Below are positions 1-13,100 of a stretch of 64,000 bases of DNA, piece by piece. Every line of letters begins with the position of its first letter. The stretch's first letter is position 1. This DNA comes from Balanoglossus misakiensis (lineage: Eukaryota > Animalia > Hemichordata): the NCBI GenBank assembly GCA_040954595.2, contig CM082580.2:11422909-11486908 (forward strand), read 5' to 3'. Made by a program: the position numbers and the translations under genes. The notes beneath the pieces were generated by a model that ran no database searches, had not been told where the DNA came from, and saw nothing but the letters and a program-made list of their open reading frames with translations.

Positions 1-1767
1 AACTTGAATATTTCGAGAGCAGTATGTATGAATGCCTTCCCTCATTTACTAATCATCATTTTTGAAAACCTTGGTAGGGGCTTTTTAACAAAATAACAAC
101 ATTCTAAACCAGAAACAAAGTTGTAGTGCTGGACGTTTGTTTTGTGTGGTTTCGGCCCGAGCGTGAGAGAAATGAACGGCGACTGTTGGTGCGCAGCCTA
201 AGATAATATTTGTACATTAAAATTCACCCGATAACTTTCTAAAGTTATTCTTAGCACACTTGCCGTAATATGAGACAAATTCGATTCGACAACAATCGTC
301 GTCAAAAAAATAAAGAAGAAAAACTGCACCTGTTGGCGCTTAATAGTCGTCGATTTACAGACCGTTCATGGACGAGTTATAGACTGAAATAGGAAAAAAA
401 ATATTCCGTCGAATTGCACTAATTGAACATGAACGCAATATTCGTGTCAAGATGACGCTATTTTATAACGAACCCAAAGTGGTTTTCCTTTCAGATGCAC
501 TCACATTGTACAATAACTCCATTTGAAAACGAATGCCAAGATCAAGCCTAATACCTTTTCAAAAGCGAAAACAAATCATCGACATTTTTCGCATACGTTG
601 TATGAATTGACCGGCATGCGAACGTTTCTCGAGTTACGGCTAAGGAGGCTTAATTTTTTGTGGTTAGATGGCCTTATCAAAACAAGGTTAATTAACGATT
701 AAGAAGTACTCTCATTTGTTGGTTCAAACGAGTGTCTGCCGACAGCGTTTACCTAGAATATTGTTTGCCCGTCCGATCACGGAGTACTGCATCTTTTTTA
801 ACTAGCCACCGCTATTAAAGGCTGTAAACATCTGTTTCGGTCAATTAATTGAAAATACAAATGCTGCCAACACTACATGTGTAAATAATACCGTAACGAG
901 ATTATGAGCGATTGAGTCTGACTAAGTGTTTTCATGGTAGTGATGCGAAAAAAGGTCGTTGTTCTGTCGATGGTGGCATTGTCGGCGTCTTTTGTCGTTA
1001 CGCTCTATTTGTCTCTGCATGTGTTTCTCTGTCTACCTGTCTGTCTGCCTGCCTGTCAGCCCCCCCCCCTGTTTATATATATTCTATCTCTGTCTCCCTC
1101 TTTCGCTGTTTTCGTCTTCGCCGGTGTACAAGAGAAACTTTCCAAATAAACTTGTGTAGTTATTGTCGATGGCTAAATTCATATTGTAATGTTGTGAATT
1201 TGGTTCCGGCCGAGGGTCTGCTTTTGAAACGGCTAGACATTCTATTGAGGTACTGCAATGTGTAAGCTCCAGAAATATCGTTAAACACCTTCTTTTGTAG
1301 AATTTGATAGACAGTTCTTGACGCCGGCTTTGTATTTGTGTGCGGCGGGCGTGGTAGTGCGTATGTGCGCGCGTGCTCTCATGTGTCTGACTTTCCCAAT
1401 GTTCTGCTGGCGCAGTGCCTGTCAATCTTCGCTGCCCGCGGATTATTTTACAACTTGCTATTTTTGCGGCCGATGAATGGACTGTTGGTCAAGCGTGTGT
1501 CCGTATCAAAACTTTTGGAAGAACAAAAAACTTAATTTTGTGTGTTACTGAAGATTGGAGAATGAGCCGCGGGCTTCGAATGGAGAATAGCGCGTTCTTT
1601 AAACGTTCGTGTCGCCACTGTCATAATTTACGATAGGCACATGCGACAGCAGAAGGGACTTTTGAATTTGTTATTCTATAAATTTTCGGCAACCTTTCTC
1701 TTCATACTCGGGATATACTTATTTGCACAATGCAACGAAATTAAATTATATAGAATGGAATAGTGTG

Positions 1768-1821
1768 CAGTACAGTACAGTACAGTACAGAACAGAACAG
1801 TACAGTAGAGTGCAGTACAGT
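1768..1821. repeat. (CAGTA/CAGAA)n pentanucleotide microsatellite
   Basis: Imperfect tandem CAGTA/CAGAA units read directly from the sequence. Confidence 0.85.
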
Positions 1822-4800
1822 ATATGGTGCAGCAACAGTGCCTGACTTATGCACTTTGCAGCCTCTAATATCACTCTCTGAGCATTTCATCAAACAGTTT
1901 TGCGAATACCATCATACAACGGTTTTTAGACAAGTGTGATTTTATTTTCAGCTTTACGTCGAGGTTTTAGATCTATCCTGTGCCCGTGGGATGAGTGTCA
2001 CTGGTTTGCACTTTCACAACCCCCCCCCCCCCCTTCTCATGTGTTTCAATGCAATCATTCGCATCTACTCGGCATTTCTCACCAGTTAACTCGTGACGTC
2101 TGAATACGCGTGGGACCTGAGCCGATAGAGCGTATTCCCTCGGCGTCGACTTGTTGATAAAGTGCAAGGTCCCAATTCTCCCCGGGGTAGGAGACGTGTA
2201 CGGGTTCTGTGTGCATCATGACCACTGGTCACCTAGTTTAATTAATACTATTTGTTCAGTAGTTACATAGTTTTTACACTCAAATTCACCTAATAGTTAG
2301 GGGCGCAACGTCCTGCGCAGTTGCGGGGCTGCGAAACTGGCCTGATCCGGACTCGTGATGGCGTCCTTCAATAAAAGCGAACGTGGCCGGCGTTCGTCCG
2401 CCATTGTTCCCATTTATTCCGACAATATGTTCCGATCCGGATGCATATGATCAGACCAATTGATAGTACATGGGAAAATGGGAAATTAATAACCCCGGGG
2501 AAAATACTCCCATTTAAGTCACACGTGTGTAATTTTTTACTCTCACATGCGCTATGTTACATGTCTGTTGCCATACCCGTGTGCAGTCTGGAACAAGGCT
2601 GGCCAGTTTACATATCGGCTCGTTCGCCGCCGAAACGTATCAGTTCGCTAATTCATTAAATTCAAATTACTTTTCTATCTGACTATTCAAAATAAAAAGT
2701 GCATAGCTAAAAGGTGAAACGGTCCCGCTCCGATGCGTATCTAGCGAGCGTACCGGGGACAGAACAAGTTAATGGGACCCTAATTCTGTCTCCGCCAAAC
2801 AGTGACTACCGTGTGCGTAATTACATTACACTTTCCCGCGTTCTCATCAATGCAACATTATAATTATAAACTTTAAGAGTTGTATTGTTACGTAAAAATT
2901 CTATTTATGAAAATTCATTCTTAACATTTGACAGAAAACAGAACACGAAACATCTGCGGCGGAAAATATGCAGAAATGCACTGAGCCATTCTGATACTTG
3001 TTTAACTGACAATGTGTTAAGTTCGTTGATCATTGCAGAATGTAAGCGTGTAGAAAATGAAGTTTTACTTCGGTTCACATATTGAACTGTCAATTCAGGG
3101 GTTGTTCAAGGAAAGACTTGCACAACGAGGGAAAATCTCGGCCAGCGCCAGCGATGCGTAAATGTTAAAAAATTAGGTAGATTTCAGCATGAATGTGTGT
3201 TTTTGTGTTTGTTGTCAATAAATCTTGAGTAAGTTGTAGCTACGAGCACGGCGAAGGCTGGATTCTAAAGCAAACGACAACTTGTATAAATGTCGTTTGA
3301 TATTTTCAGTGTTTTGCCATTGTCCACTGCACAAAAAGAGGCTTGACACACAAACACGTTGTAATCTAGAGGAGTGCCACGTCGACACTTGTGTTCAACG
3401 GAGAGAGAAAGGGGCCTTCTTTCAATGTCTTAACAATGGCGTCAGGAGTGGAGAGGCGATATCAAGGACCCTGCTCTGTTATTAGGAAATAATCAGAATT
3501 AAATTAAAACGTCGTTTGTCAGAGAATGACAACTCGCTACTATTCATCGCAATCCTGGGAAAATGGAAAGCTAAGAGACGTGGCTCGCGACGGCCCCTGC
3601 CTCACAATACAACAAACGGGTGTACTGCTCAATCGGCAGGACCTTTGTGTCGAAGACGGTCGAATGTTCCCCCTTTTCTCTGCTCCAGATTCTGGGCAAA
3701 GAAAACGCCGCGGCTCGTCCGTGTACACGCGTGTGGTCCCCCAACAAGAGCGGGCACAATGGCCGCACTTCAAGATGAGGGCCCGAAAGTGACTTTTGCC
3801 GAATCAAGAATCCTCCAGGAGGCCGATACGATTAAACCCAAAAAGACAAACGCGCCTTTTTTTCTCTTCTCTTTTTCAATGGGATTCCCGGGGCGGCAAG
3901 CCCCATTTATGCGACCTTGGAATTCGGCGAGAGGTGTGGTGTCAGCTGTGTTAACTACGAAATGTCGTCGCGTTAATATATGTTTGGTCGTTAGTTACAT
4001 TGATAGAAAAACCGCATCACACTGCATATCAGTTAATACTGTGAGAACTAAACACACTCCCAGTTCTCTCTAGCCCAGTACGTACATTCTCTGGCAAATA
4101 ACTGAGACGTGCGCCGTGCGTAGACAGCAAAAAAAACTGTCAGTGACGACTTCATCGTGCGAACCATTTTTTTTTATCAAATAGCATGAAACTCCGCGTA
4201 ACCGGGCTCCTCTAATTACACGCATTCCAAGCTGACAACAAGCGAACGTCCAAACAAAAATCAGTCAATTAGTGGAACAGCTTAATCAAACCCGGGACAG
4301 CAGACGAATTGAGCCCATGTCTGCAATTTCGGAGTCATCTCACGCTCTCTGTTTGCTCGCACCAATAACCGATATAGGCGGGAGAAGTGTGGGTCGCAAA
4401 TATGATCTTTGTGCGCGTGTGTGACTCAAAGCTTGGAGAGAGGCTACAGCCAGCATTGGAAAGTTAAGTGTCGAACTTGGGAAATACGAACATGGCGTAG
4501 TGTGGAGAGGGGGGAAGGGAGAGAGAGGGGAGAGAGAGGGGAGCTCGAGATAAAGAGAGAGAGAAACCCTGCCCTCGACCACCTGTTGTGCTTATCTGCC
4601 CACATCTACATGTCTACGCACATACACTAACGTTCACTAGTCTATCTGCATGCACCAGTGTTCGCTCTACAGCTAGCTGGTTGATGGTCTGTCAGTCTCC
4701 CCCATCTACCGTTGATTCACTTATCTCTAATCTTAAACAGAGTAGCCATGTTTCGTTATTATGTTTGATAATTCCGTATTTTTTATTTAAAAATAACAAT

Positions 4801-6689
4801 AAAATTAGGAGCATACTAGTAACCCTATTATTGGTTCTGCGAAACTAGACCAGGCTGAATAGCGAAGATATGCTTTAGCGCATCGGAATTTCAACGAAAA
4901 CAAAAGACCATGGCAAATGTTTCAGTCCCAGCTAAGATATGAACGGACTTGATTTGGGGATCGACCGTACATCTAGGGATATCATGTACCACGGATTTCT
5001 TCAACGGAAGATTGAACATGGCCATCCACTTCACATATTCTAAGAAGACAACGCAAAGAGTTTATACACCGGGACTAAGAAAAACTGAATCATCTAAATT
5101 GTTAGTGCTTACACCACGAATAAAGACCCTCCTAAAATTTCTTGCACAAAATTTAGTGGCCCTGTCCAAAACAAGGCTTTAGCGCAAGTGTGCGATGGTG
5201 TGCGCATGCGGGGTCCAGTTGATGAAATCGGGGCAATGGTCTGCAAAACCATGCCTTTTCCATATATACCACGGTTTGACGTGTGGGCTAAATTGGAATA
5301 TTCACCCAAGCATATCGTACAGAGAAACATAATCCCCGACAAGGTCATGTCCAAATGGTAAGGTCACGTGCCACGTACAGGGCATTGTAACGTGAGGTCT
5401 CCCAGTAATGGCAATTTTCTATTTCCAGCTTTGGACTGGGTGGACCTGGAATTTTCCCCTTTTTTTATCCAGGGGCACCTGCGCGATTGCTCTATAATCC
5501 CGAAAGTGGGGCGACATTGAAGACATTTTATGACCGAGGATGACGACATTGGGTCGCGATTGAAGTTTAAATTACTAATGCCTGAAATAACGCTTTGTTT
5601 GTCAGACACAGAATAGTGCAGGATAAGCCTATATTGTGTTTTCCACACGGCGAAAATAACTCCGAGTAGATGCACACACACGAACGCACACAACGGCAAG
5701 CGATAGAGATGTCATCGCTTAATGAGTACTACGTCAGCATATGAGTTCAAGTTTCAATAAGCTAATTGAGACGTCAAGAATTGTTAATAGGCCTAAATGG
5801 ATAGTGTGTACACAGACCCCATGGTTTATACGAGGGGATAGATGGGATAAACAATTTTGTGGGACCCATCGTAGTTAGACAATCTCGCATATGTATTTTT
5901 TCGGCGGTTACCACATCAACTGTCACAGCAAGCTCCCCTACCCTCCCCCCCCCCCACCTGCGCCCCCCCCCTAATATCAGAAGAAGCGGCATTAAATCTC
6001 CGTCCCTTTCTCTCTTCCTCCCTCCGTCCCCCCCCTCCCTCCCAAACTGATAGTAAAGAATGGTAAAGACTATTGTTCCATATGACAAGCTCTCCTATCT
6101 TAATACATCAAACGAAAACCTGTCATTTCTTTACTGGACTAGTATGGAATGTATGTGACGAGATTCTGTTCTCAGTCAACGTCCTGATCTCATGCCATGG
6201 AAACTTTTAAAAACAGTCGTGTTTCCTCTCAAAATGAGAGAGGTCAGAACATCTAGATATCCATGGCAACTATCCAGGCGCTCCAGATGCGAGGATGCCA
6301 CGCGAGTAAGATGACGCCAACGGTGCACGTGTACATTGTACGCCCATGCCCCGTCACACGAACGTATCACCGGGTAATAATTTAAAGTTAATGCGCCATT
6401 AATGAGACCGGTCTCCTGTAAACAAGTTTGGGGTCAAAGTTAAGCAGATCAGAAACTAACAAGACAGGTGACACAGTCGGTCGTCTATATACCTAAAGCC
6501 TCTTTTTTTGATAACTCGAAAAATTATTTTTGTCGTTCATGATTTTTACCTCTACACATAATACCATCACAGTAGTTCTTTTTGTTATTTCAGTAACTGA
6601 ATGGTCAATGACAACCAGACATCGCAAGTTCTATAATGCCATATGGAGTTAGTTCAAACTAAAATGTGCGTTATATTCTATCTATCATC

Positions 6690-6880
6690 CAGCAGGTAAC
6701 AGCCCAGTAACAGGATGAGATACCCACAATTCCCCGGTAAAGGAGAAGCAATAGTAAAGAGCCTTGCTCAAGTGCACAACATCTTAGCCATTTTAGGATC
6801 TTGAACTCATTGTCAGGAACCCGTGGTCACGTCATGGTCTCAAACCCCAAATTCTTCCAGAAATGGCTAGGCACCCTCGT
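6690..6880 (-). mobile_element. Degenerate tRNA-derived SINE-like fragment
   Basis: The plus strand reads gtaaagagccttgctcaagtgcacaac...ggatcttgaactc, resembling the reverse complement of a metazoan tRNA-SINE head (B-box remnant plus the GTGCNCTTGAGCAAGGC segment). Recognised from memory; boundaries approximate. Confidence 0.5.
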
Positions 6881-7116
6881 CCTTTTGCCAAAATGAGCAA
6901 TTTCAAAGAGCTCAAACTTGAAAGCGTCATCGTGATGCTCTGCTTAAATTTATCTCGTGAAAGTGTTTCCTTTCAGTACTAGAGATATTCTTGGAATCTT
7001 CAGTTCTTCACCGCATGTAATCAATTGATATGTATCTCTCACACCGTAGACTACGATTTCCCTCTCCGCTTTGTTTGACAAAAACGATAGGGAATCGACA
7101 AAATATCTACTGATCT

Positions 7117-10100
7117 TCATTTCTTGCTACAGATGACGTCATATGCCGCTCGCATCCACAGGGCAACAGCTGTGGCGCCAGCATCCGGCCTGGTCAGCAG
7201 ATCAGGATGGACATAGCTTGCTCTTCCGGCCTTGGCCTTCATGTTAATGGTTGCCCTAGCGCTGTCTTCAGCCGCCTTGTCCCAACAAGCAAAAAAAAAA
7301 TTAGCGTCACGATTGCTGTATCAGAGATTAGGTTTGAAACCAGGCTTAGATAAAGTGAGGGTATACAGGTTACATCATATTCTAAACTAGACTAAAGTAG
7401 ACAATGGATACAGGGAAAAATCGAAGGCGGCTAACACGTCTTGCCAACTGTCGCTTTTAAGAGAGTCTTCTCTGGTAGATTGAAAAGGAAATTGCCACGG
7501 CCCCTCTTCAAACTTTCAACGAAAAAATCGGGAAGGAGTTTACCTGAACCGCCTTCTCGAAGCTTTCGGCCGGTGACAAACTTCCTTTATCCATCGATGA
7601 TTTCAGAGTCTGATAGGCGGCATGCAGTGGATCCAACTGAAAAGAGACAAATTGTGAGTGTTTCCACGATGTTTTCTGAGTGATTTCGTTTCATTGCATT
7701 TTAATCTCATTTACTAGTGTTGCATGTACTAGTTACATAGCTATCAAATGAACTTCACTTAGTATCAGTACATACTCACCATTGTCCTGTCTCCTGGTTC
7801 AGCACCTCCATATCTGAAGAAAAAAACATAAACTCTGTAACCTTTCCATATATTTGAAGGAGAAGTGATCTGATTAAAACTGAGGAGGTGAAGTAACAAA
7901 ATGGCTACAGTAAGTAAAACTATATTTACCTTGAAATGGCATTAATGGCTGCCCCGAAAGCGTCACACCAACCGCGAGCATCAGCTGACTTGCGCAGAGA
8001 CGACGCCGCGGCGCTGAAGAACAAGCTGTACAGCTGAGGAAAGTCGGCGAAATCGTGTAAGTGCATGGTCTTCTACAGGTAACAGAAATTCGCCGCCTAC
8101 GTGGATGCCCAAACTATCCCTTACCCTGATCCTACGATGTACTAATCTATCTATCTATCTATCTATCTATCTTCCAATTCATTCATTCATTCATTCATTC
8201 ACTCATTCATTCATTCATTCATTCAAAACTATCGTCGAACCAATTCTCAGAAGTTATAGACATGTATAGTGCCTCAACAAAACAACAAAGAAACGTCACT
8301 TACAGCGCCCGACGCTCCGCCAATGCTGTTCTCTACCGAAGTTGCCATGGCGATGAACATGGCGTAAGGCGTCATCTGTGACATTGAGTCCAGGAGGGCA
8401 ACAATACCTGCGACACCGAAACGGGAGAGTTAATTTGGCAAACGCGAAAACGTGGCCGTTTACAAACACGGGGAGCACATCTCAATTGGAGCCAAGTGCC
8501 TACTCCATGACAACTATTCTTTCAAGTTGATGATCGGCCGAGACTTCCAAGGTGACCCGTCGTCGAGCGCGTTACTATTGGCGAACAGAAACGGTACAAA
8601 CTCTCGAGATTGTCCGGCGTAAATGAAAACTACTACCGAAATTATTGAAAACCGTCGAACCATGGAACTGGAGGTACGCGTGCGATATTGGCCGCGTAGC
8701 TGCGGGCAATAATGAAGTGTGTGTGGCCGTGATTACTACGCTACGCTGGTCTTTCTGAGTCAGGTGCACCCTGTGGCGTAGCTTAAAACACATGCGTCTT
8801 CCAAAACTGCTGGCGTTCTTTCGTACATATTACTGTACCCAAAGATCGTCGTGGCTTTGGTATATCTGACAATAGCATTGGCGACATGGCTTGGTGTCAT
8901 GTTTGAAAATGCATGTGATGTATGTTATCAATGGTTTCAATCGGTAATAATATGATGTAATATTATCATTAAACATGTCAACATTTTAAAAGAGATGTTT
9001 TGATAGACGATAATAACGATTTTCACCTATAATAGATTGTATGTAAAAGTGTGAAATTTGGCCCCCAAAAACCGCCACTTTAAATTGGACGGTTCCCTTG
9101 AAGCTATTGTTATTCAAAAGACCCAACCAACCCAACGCCGGGCGTTTGCAGTCACGGGCAAAAACTCACGCATTTCCCTCTTTGTCCTTGACCAAGACTG
9201 TTGATAATGGATTTGAAGTCACCACCCCGCCGATGAAAAGTCATCGCCCCCCCCCCTCCGAGCACAACAGTCTCAGACGCACGCGCAGAGTCCAACTTCT
9301 AGCTGAACACTCTTTGTTCGTGTCTGTCTGTGTCGCACTTTTTTCTCGAAATTTTCCGATCTGCTTTGATTCCCTGTGTGAGAAATCACTTGTGTACATT
9401 GCTGTTCATCTGCGCTCAATAAAGCAACAAGTGCGCATCTACAAAGTCCACACTACAGACAGCATAAGTTCCGACAACTCAGGGCTTTCTTTCTATACAA
9501 ATTCAAATTTTCGAAGCGACGGCCCCGTGAAGGGCAACAACGTGCCGTTCAGTACATTAATCCGTAGTAAAATCACAATTAAAACTCTATTAGACTTAGG
9601 GCCCACACTTTCCTTTTTTTCGCGACAGCGAAGGACATTAATCTCTTTTCCCGCCAGTATTTGAAAGAAATGATAGGACAGTGATTCTGGCAGTAATCTT
9701 TTACGAGGAGCACGCGCGCCACGAAGCGTTTGAAAGTTTGGTCCGCACACTTCTGAGGTAGCTGCACTGCACTTCTTGTAGAGAGAACACGAACGATACA
9801 TGATGCGCAGAACAAAAAATAACGACGTTCAAAAGTTACAGCAGCTTTCTATCCAAATGGTCTCGCCCTGACTTACCCTGAGACCCTGTTTTCAGGGTGA
9901 TACCACAATCGTTGTCACCGGCGGCCTTGTCAAGATCATTCAACAGATGCTCGTTTTTGATAATCATTTCACAGGCTGCACGTATCGCTCCGATCAGCAA
10001 CAACTTGTTCCCTGAATGAGATATGAGATGTAGTATAAGTGAAACTTCGCAGTACGACAATGTAGGGCGTGTACAACCCTTTACCCTTTTTATAAATCGA

Positions 10101-13100
10101 CAAATAGCAAAATGCCCTTGGATGTTGGACTATCATTTCATATTACAGGTATTGCTCTATCCCGGGACAGCCCACTATACAGGATTTCAAATTGAGATGG
10201 TCGGCCAGCAGATCAAACTTCGTTGATTAAAAATTATTGCCTGAAGTGGCGGCCATTTTGGATAGTTCAGAATGCAAATGGCCGACGCGCACGTTGCGAC
10301 GTTGGTAGTAAATGGATTAAAATGAAGACATGTCCCTTCTCTACAAGAACATAGAGCGCCCTCACAAACATTGTTCCTTGTTGGCTGACGAAAAGGGAAC
10401 TGTTCTTGGTTTATTGTGAATGTGGCGCCTATTTGTTTTCTACACACAGGATCATTTTCCAGAACTTTACTCTCGTCCAAAACAAAAAATAGTACACGTA
10501 TTCACCTGATTCAATGTCGCTTGCGACTTTTTCGGCCTTTGCAGTCGTTTCTACGGAGTCGCCACTTTCGATTTCCGGCCGACCGACTCTTTTGGATCCA
10601 AGGACAAAAGAGGTGGATTCAATCTGTCTTGGATACGCGAAGGCTGTGGTGTCCTTAACTGTAACAAAAGAACACGTCAAAACAAAATTAATCACTGTAG
10701 TTTTTTTAAATCGACATATTTTCAGCAAATGTACAGATCAAGCCACAGATAAAATATGACAGATACGTTTTCTGGAGATGGTTGGGGGTCGGACAGCCTA
10801 ACGTGTCGGCTGACCAGTGTAAAGTTGACCCCATGATTGTTATTTGGAAATAAAGTGCAAGGCATTCTCTGGAAACCAGAACAAGAGTAGAATGAAGAAT
10901 ATCAAAAGTTCAGCTGACCTTCGTGAAGCTGAACAATAAAACGAACTTTACTTGTTTACTTGCACTATAAATTGGCGCTTTAAATCAATGACCATAGTTG
11001 AACGGGAAACGAAGTTGACGATTCGGAAGTAATATTAGGAAGTTAACGAGGCTTTTCAACTTAATCGGTTTGATCGATGAATTGTTTGCTTTTCAAGCAG
11101 GCTTTGTAGATGTTTCCACCATGATGTGACTCGGTTGCGTTTTTTTATAATCATCTTCGGTCACGTTTTGCAAACTTTCGAAAAAAAGGCAGTTCACCCT
11201 TCGGGTTGCCTTGTGTTCGTGTATTTCGTAGTGTTTTGCATTCCTTACATGTCTCTGTATACAATGCACACGTCATAACAGATGACACATCGCCCTCTTT
11301 CCCAGGGCTACGAACAGCGAAACAAATGCGAGCTGTTACCTTTGTCTTGTTTCATAAAATGGGGGAAATACTGCGGGGGGGGGACAGGAGGGGAGAATGG
11401 AGCGGAATTGGTACACAAGGCGTGCAGGGTCCAAATTTGTAACATGCATCTAAACTAAATACATTATATTTTGAATCTCTCTACATATCTTTTAATTCAT
11501 CGTAAATGGCACTGTCGGCCAGCGCAGAACTGTAACATAATTTCATTGGGTTACCTAGACAACGTCTTCTGGTGTCATCTAAGTGCATTATGGTCAATGC
11601 TACACCTGCCATGTCCAGTGACGTCATCAAATGGCCCGTCAGTACCCTCTCCACGACAACGCCTTTGTTCTCTGAAAATACGAAAAGTAAATGGAGAACA
11701 TCGTGATCACTTAATTTAATGCAATGTATCAGTCTGTGGGGCATGGAAGTTATGAAGCATCGCAGCGGTCGATAGAGCGCCACTGTGACACACCGTATTA
11801 AAGGTGATTTTATTTTTGGAAATCACGTTAATACGCAGCCCCGGTAGATTTGAAATTTGACTAAACACGACAAAAAAAACAACGATAGTCCCGAAGCCCG
11901 TGAACTCTCGGAGTTGAATTGGCCCTCGGATTCTATCGCGCCTACAGAGAACCACCAGGGCGCACACTTTTCAGTATCCAAGCTTTTTTTTGTTGAAATT
12001 CAAATCAATAAGAAGTGGGATCGAACGACATAGCTCGGAAGCGCACAAATGAAATTGGCAATGTATACTTAGTTAAATTTAATTAAATTGGCTCCAGAGA
12101 ATATCGGGACAATAAAATCCAAAAATGATTGAGTGCCCAGTAACTTATGGGCCCGAGAGAATATTACAAGGGCCTGGAGGTACACGGTTAAACTACCGAT
12201 ATCAGAAATTTACCAGACTACTCAGTCGATTCTCCCAGACAACCAGTAGGGTAAGAGCAAAAACGATATGCTTTGCAATAACCGAGTGTCAGGACGAGCC
12301 ATAAATCAAGCAAACGTGGTTGTCAGTAATGATGTTGACTTTACCGACGGCAGGCTCTGGCAGACTATAACAATGCACACAAGTATCCTTCCACGTCGAC
12401 ACCAGAGGCATGATGGGGGACTCGACAATTCAGACATCCGGGGACTTGACAGAATTTCAAAGTCACTGCCGGCCAAGTGATATTAAGTGCTGACGCATTG
12501 GCGTCATGCGCCATTCGCGCGCGTGCGCTGTGCAAATTTGACTAACGGTCAAGTGGGAACTCGACAGTATTAAATTTGCGGTTAAAATCACTTCTCACGG
12601 GGCATGAGTTTGTTTTATTCGCATTTAGAGACCAGAAGAGACTGCTCCGGCAACAATTATCATTACAAACCCTCTTTATGTGTTCCTCTGTCACAATATA
12701 TTAGTTCCCTGCGCGTGCCATTGCCAATGTTTAAACGCAAACACACTGGCATGTCAAAGACAACATAATAGTGATGTATCTTAAAAACTAATTTGTCTTG
12801 AACGATGTCCGCCCCCGCAAAATAAATGTACGTACAAAACTACAACTTCCCGCGTTTACTTTACTTATTTGCCACCCACGAAAAGTACATGTACCGCATA
12901 TTTTCAACTTTCCACGTCAAAACTCTGTGGTGCAGATTCAACTTTTTGCCGCCAGAGGTAAAATATAAATATCAGGAGAAAACTCGCAAATTTCTGGACA
13001 AAATTTTCGCCTGCCACTTCGCACTTGAACAACTCACTCCCCTGGGATAGAACTCCGTTTCCCCCACCCTCCCGTTACCAAACACCAAGAACACGGTTGA

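Noticed and set aside
3516-4073. 185-aa ORF containing MAALQDEGPKVTFAESRILQEADTIKPKK
   Set aside because: No recognisable domain, non-ATG start in the track and no convincing splice partner; treated as chance.
9098-9664. 188-aa ORF antisense within a TKFC intron
   Set aside because: No family motifs. The region shares a short sequence (aaatt…gacgg…cccttgaa) with ~13124-13146, suggesting repeat-derived DNA.
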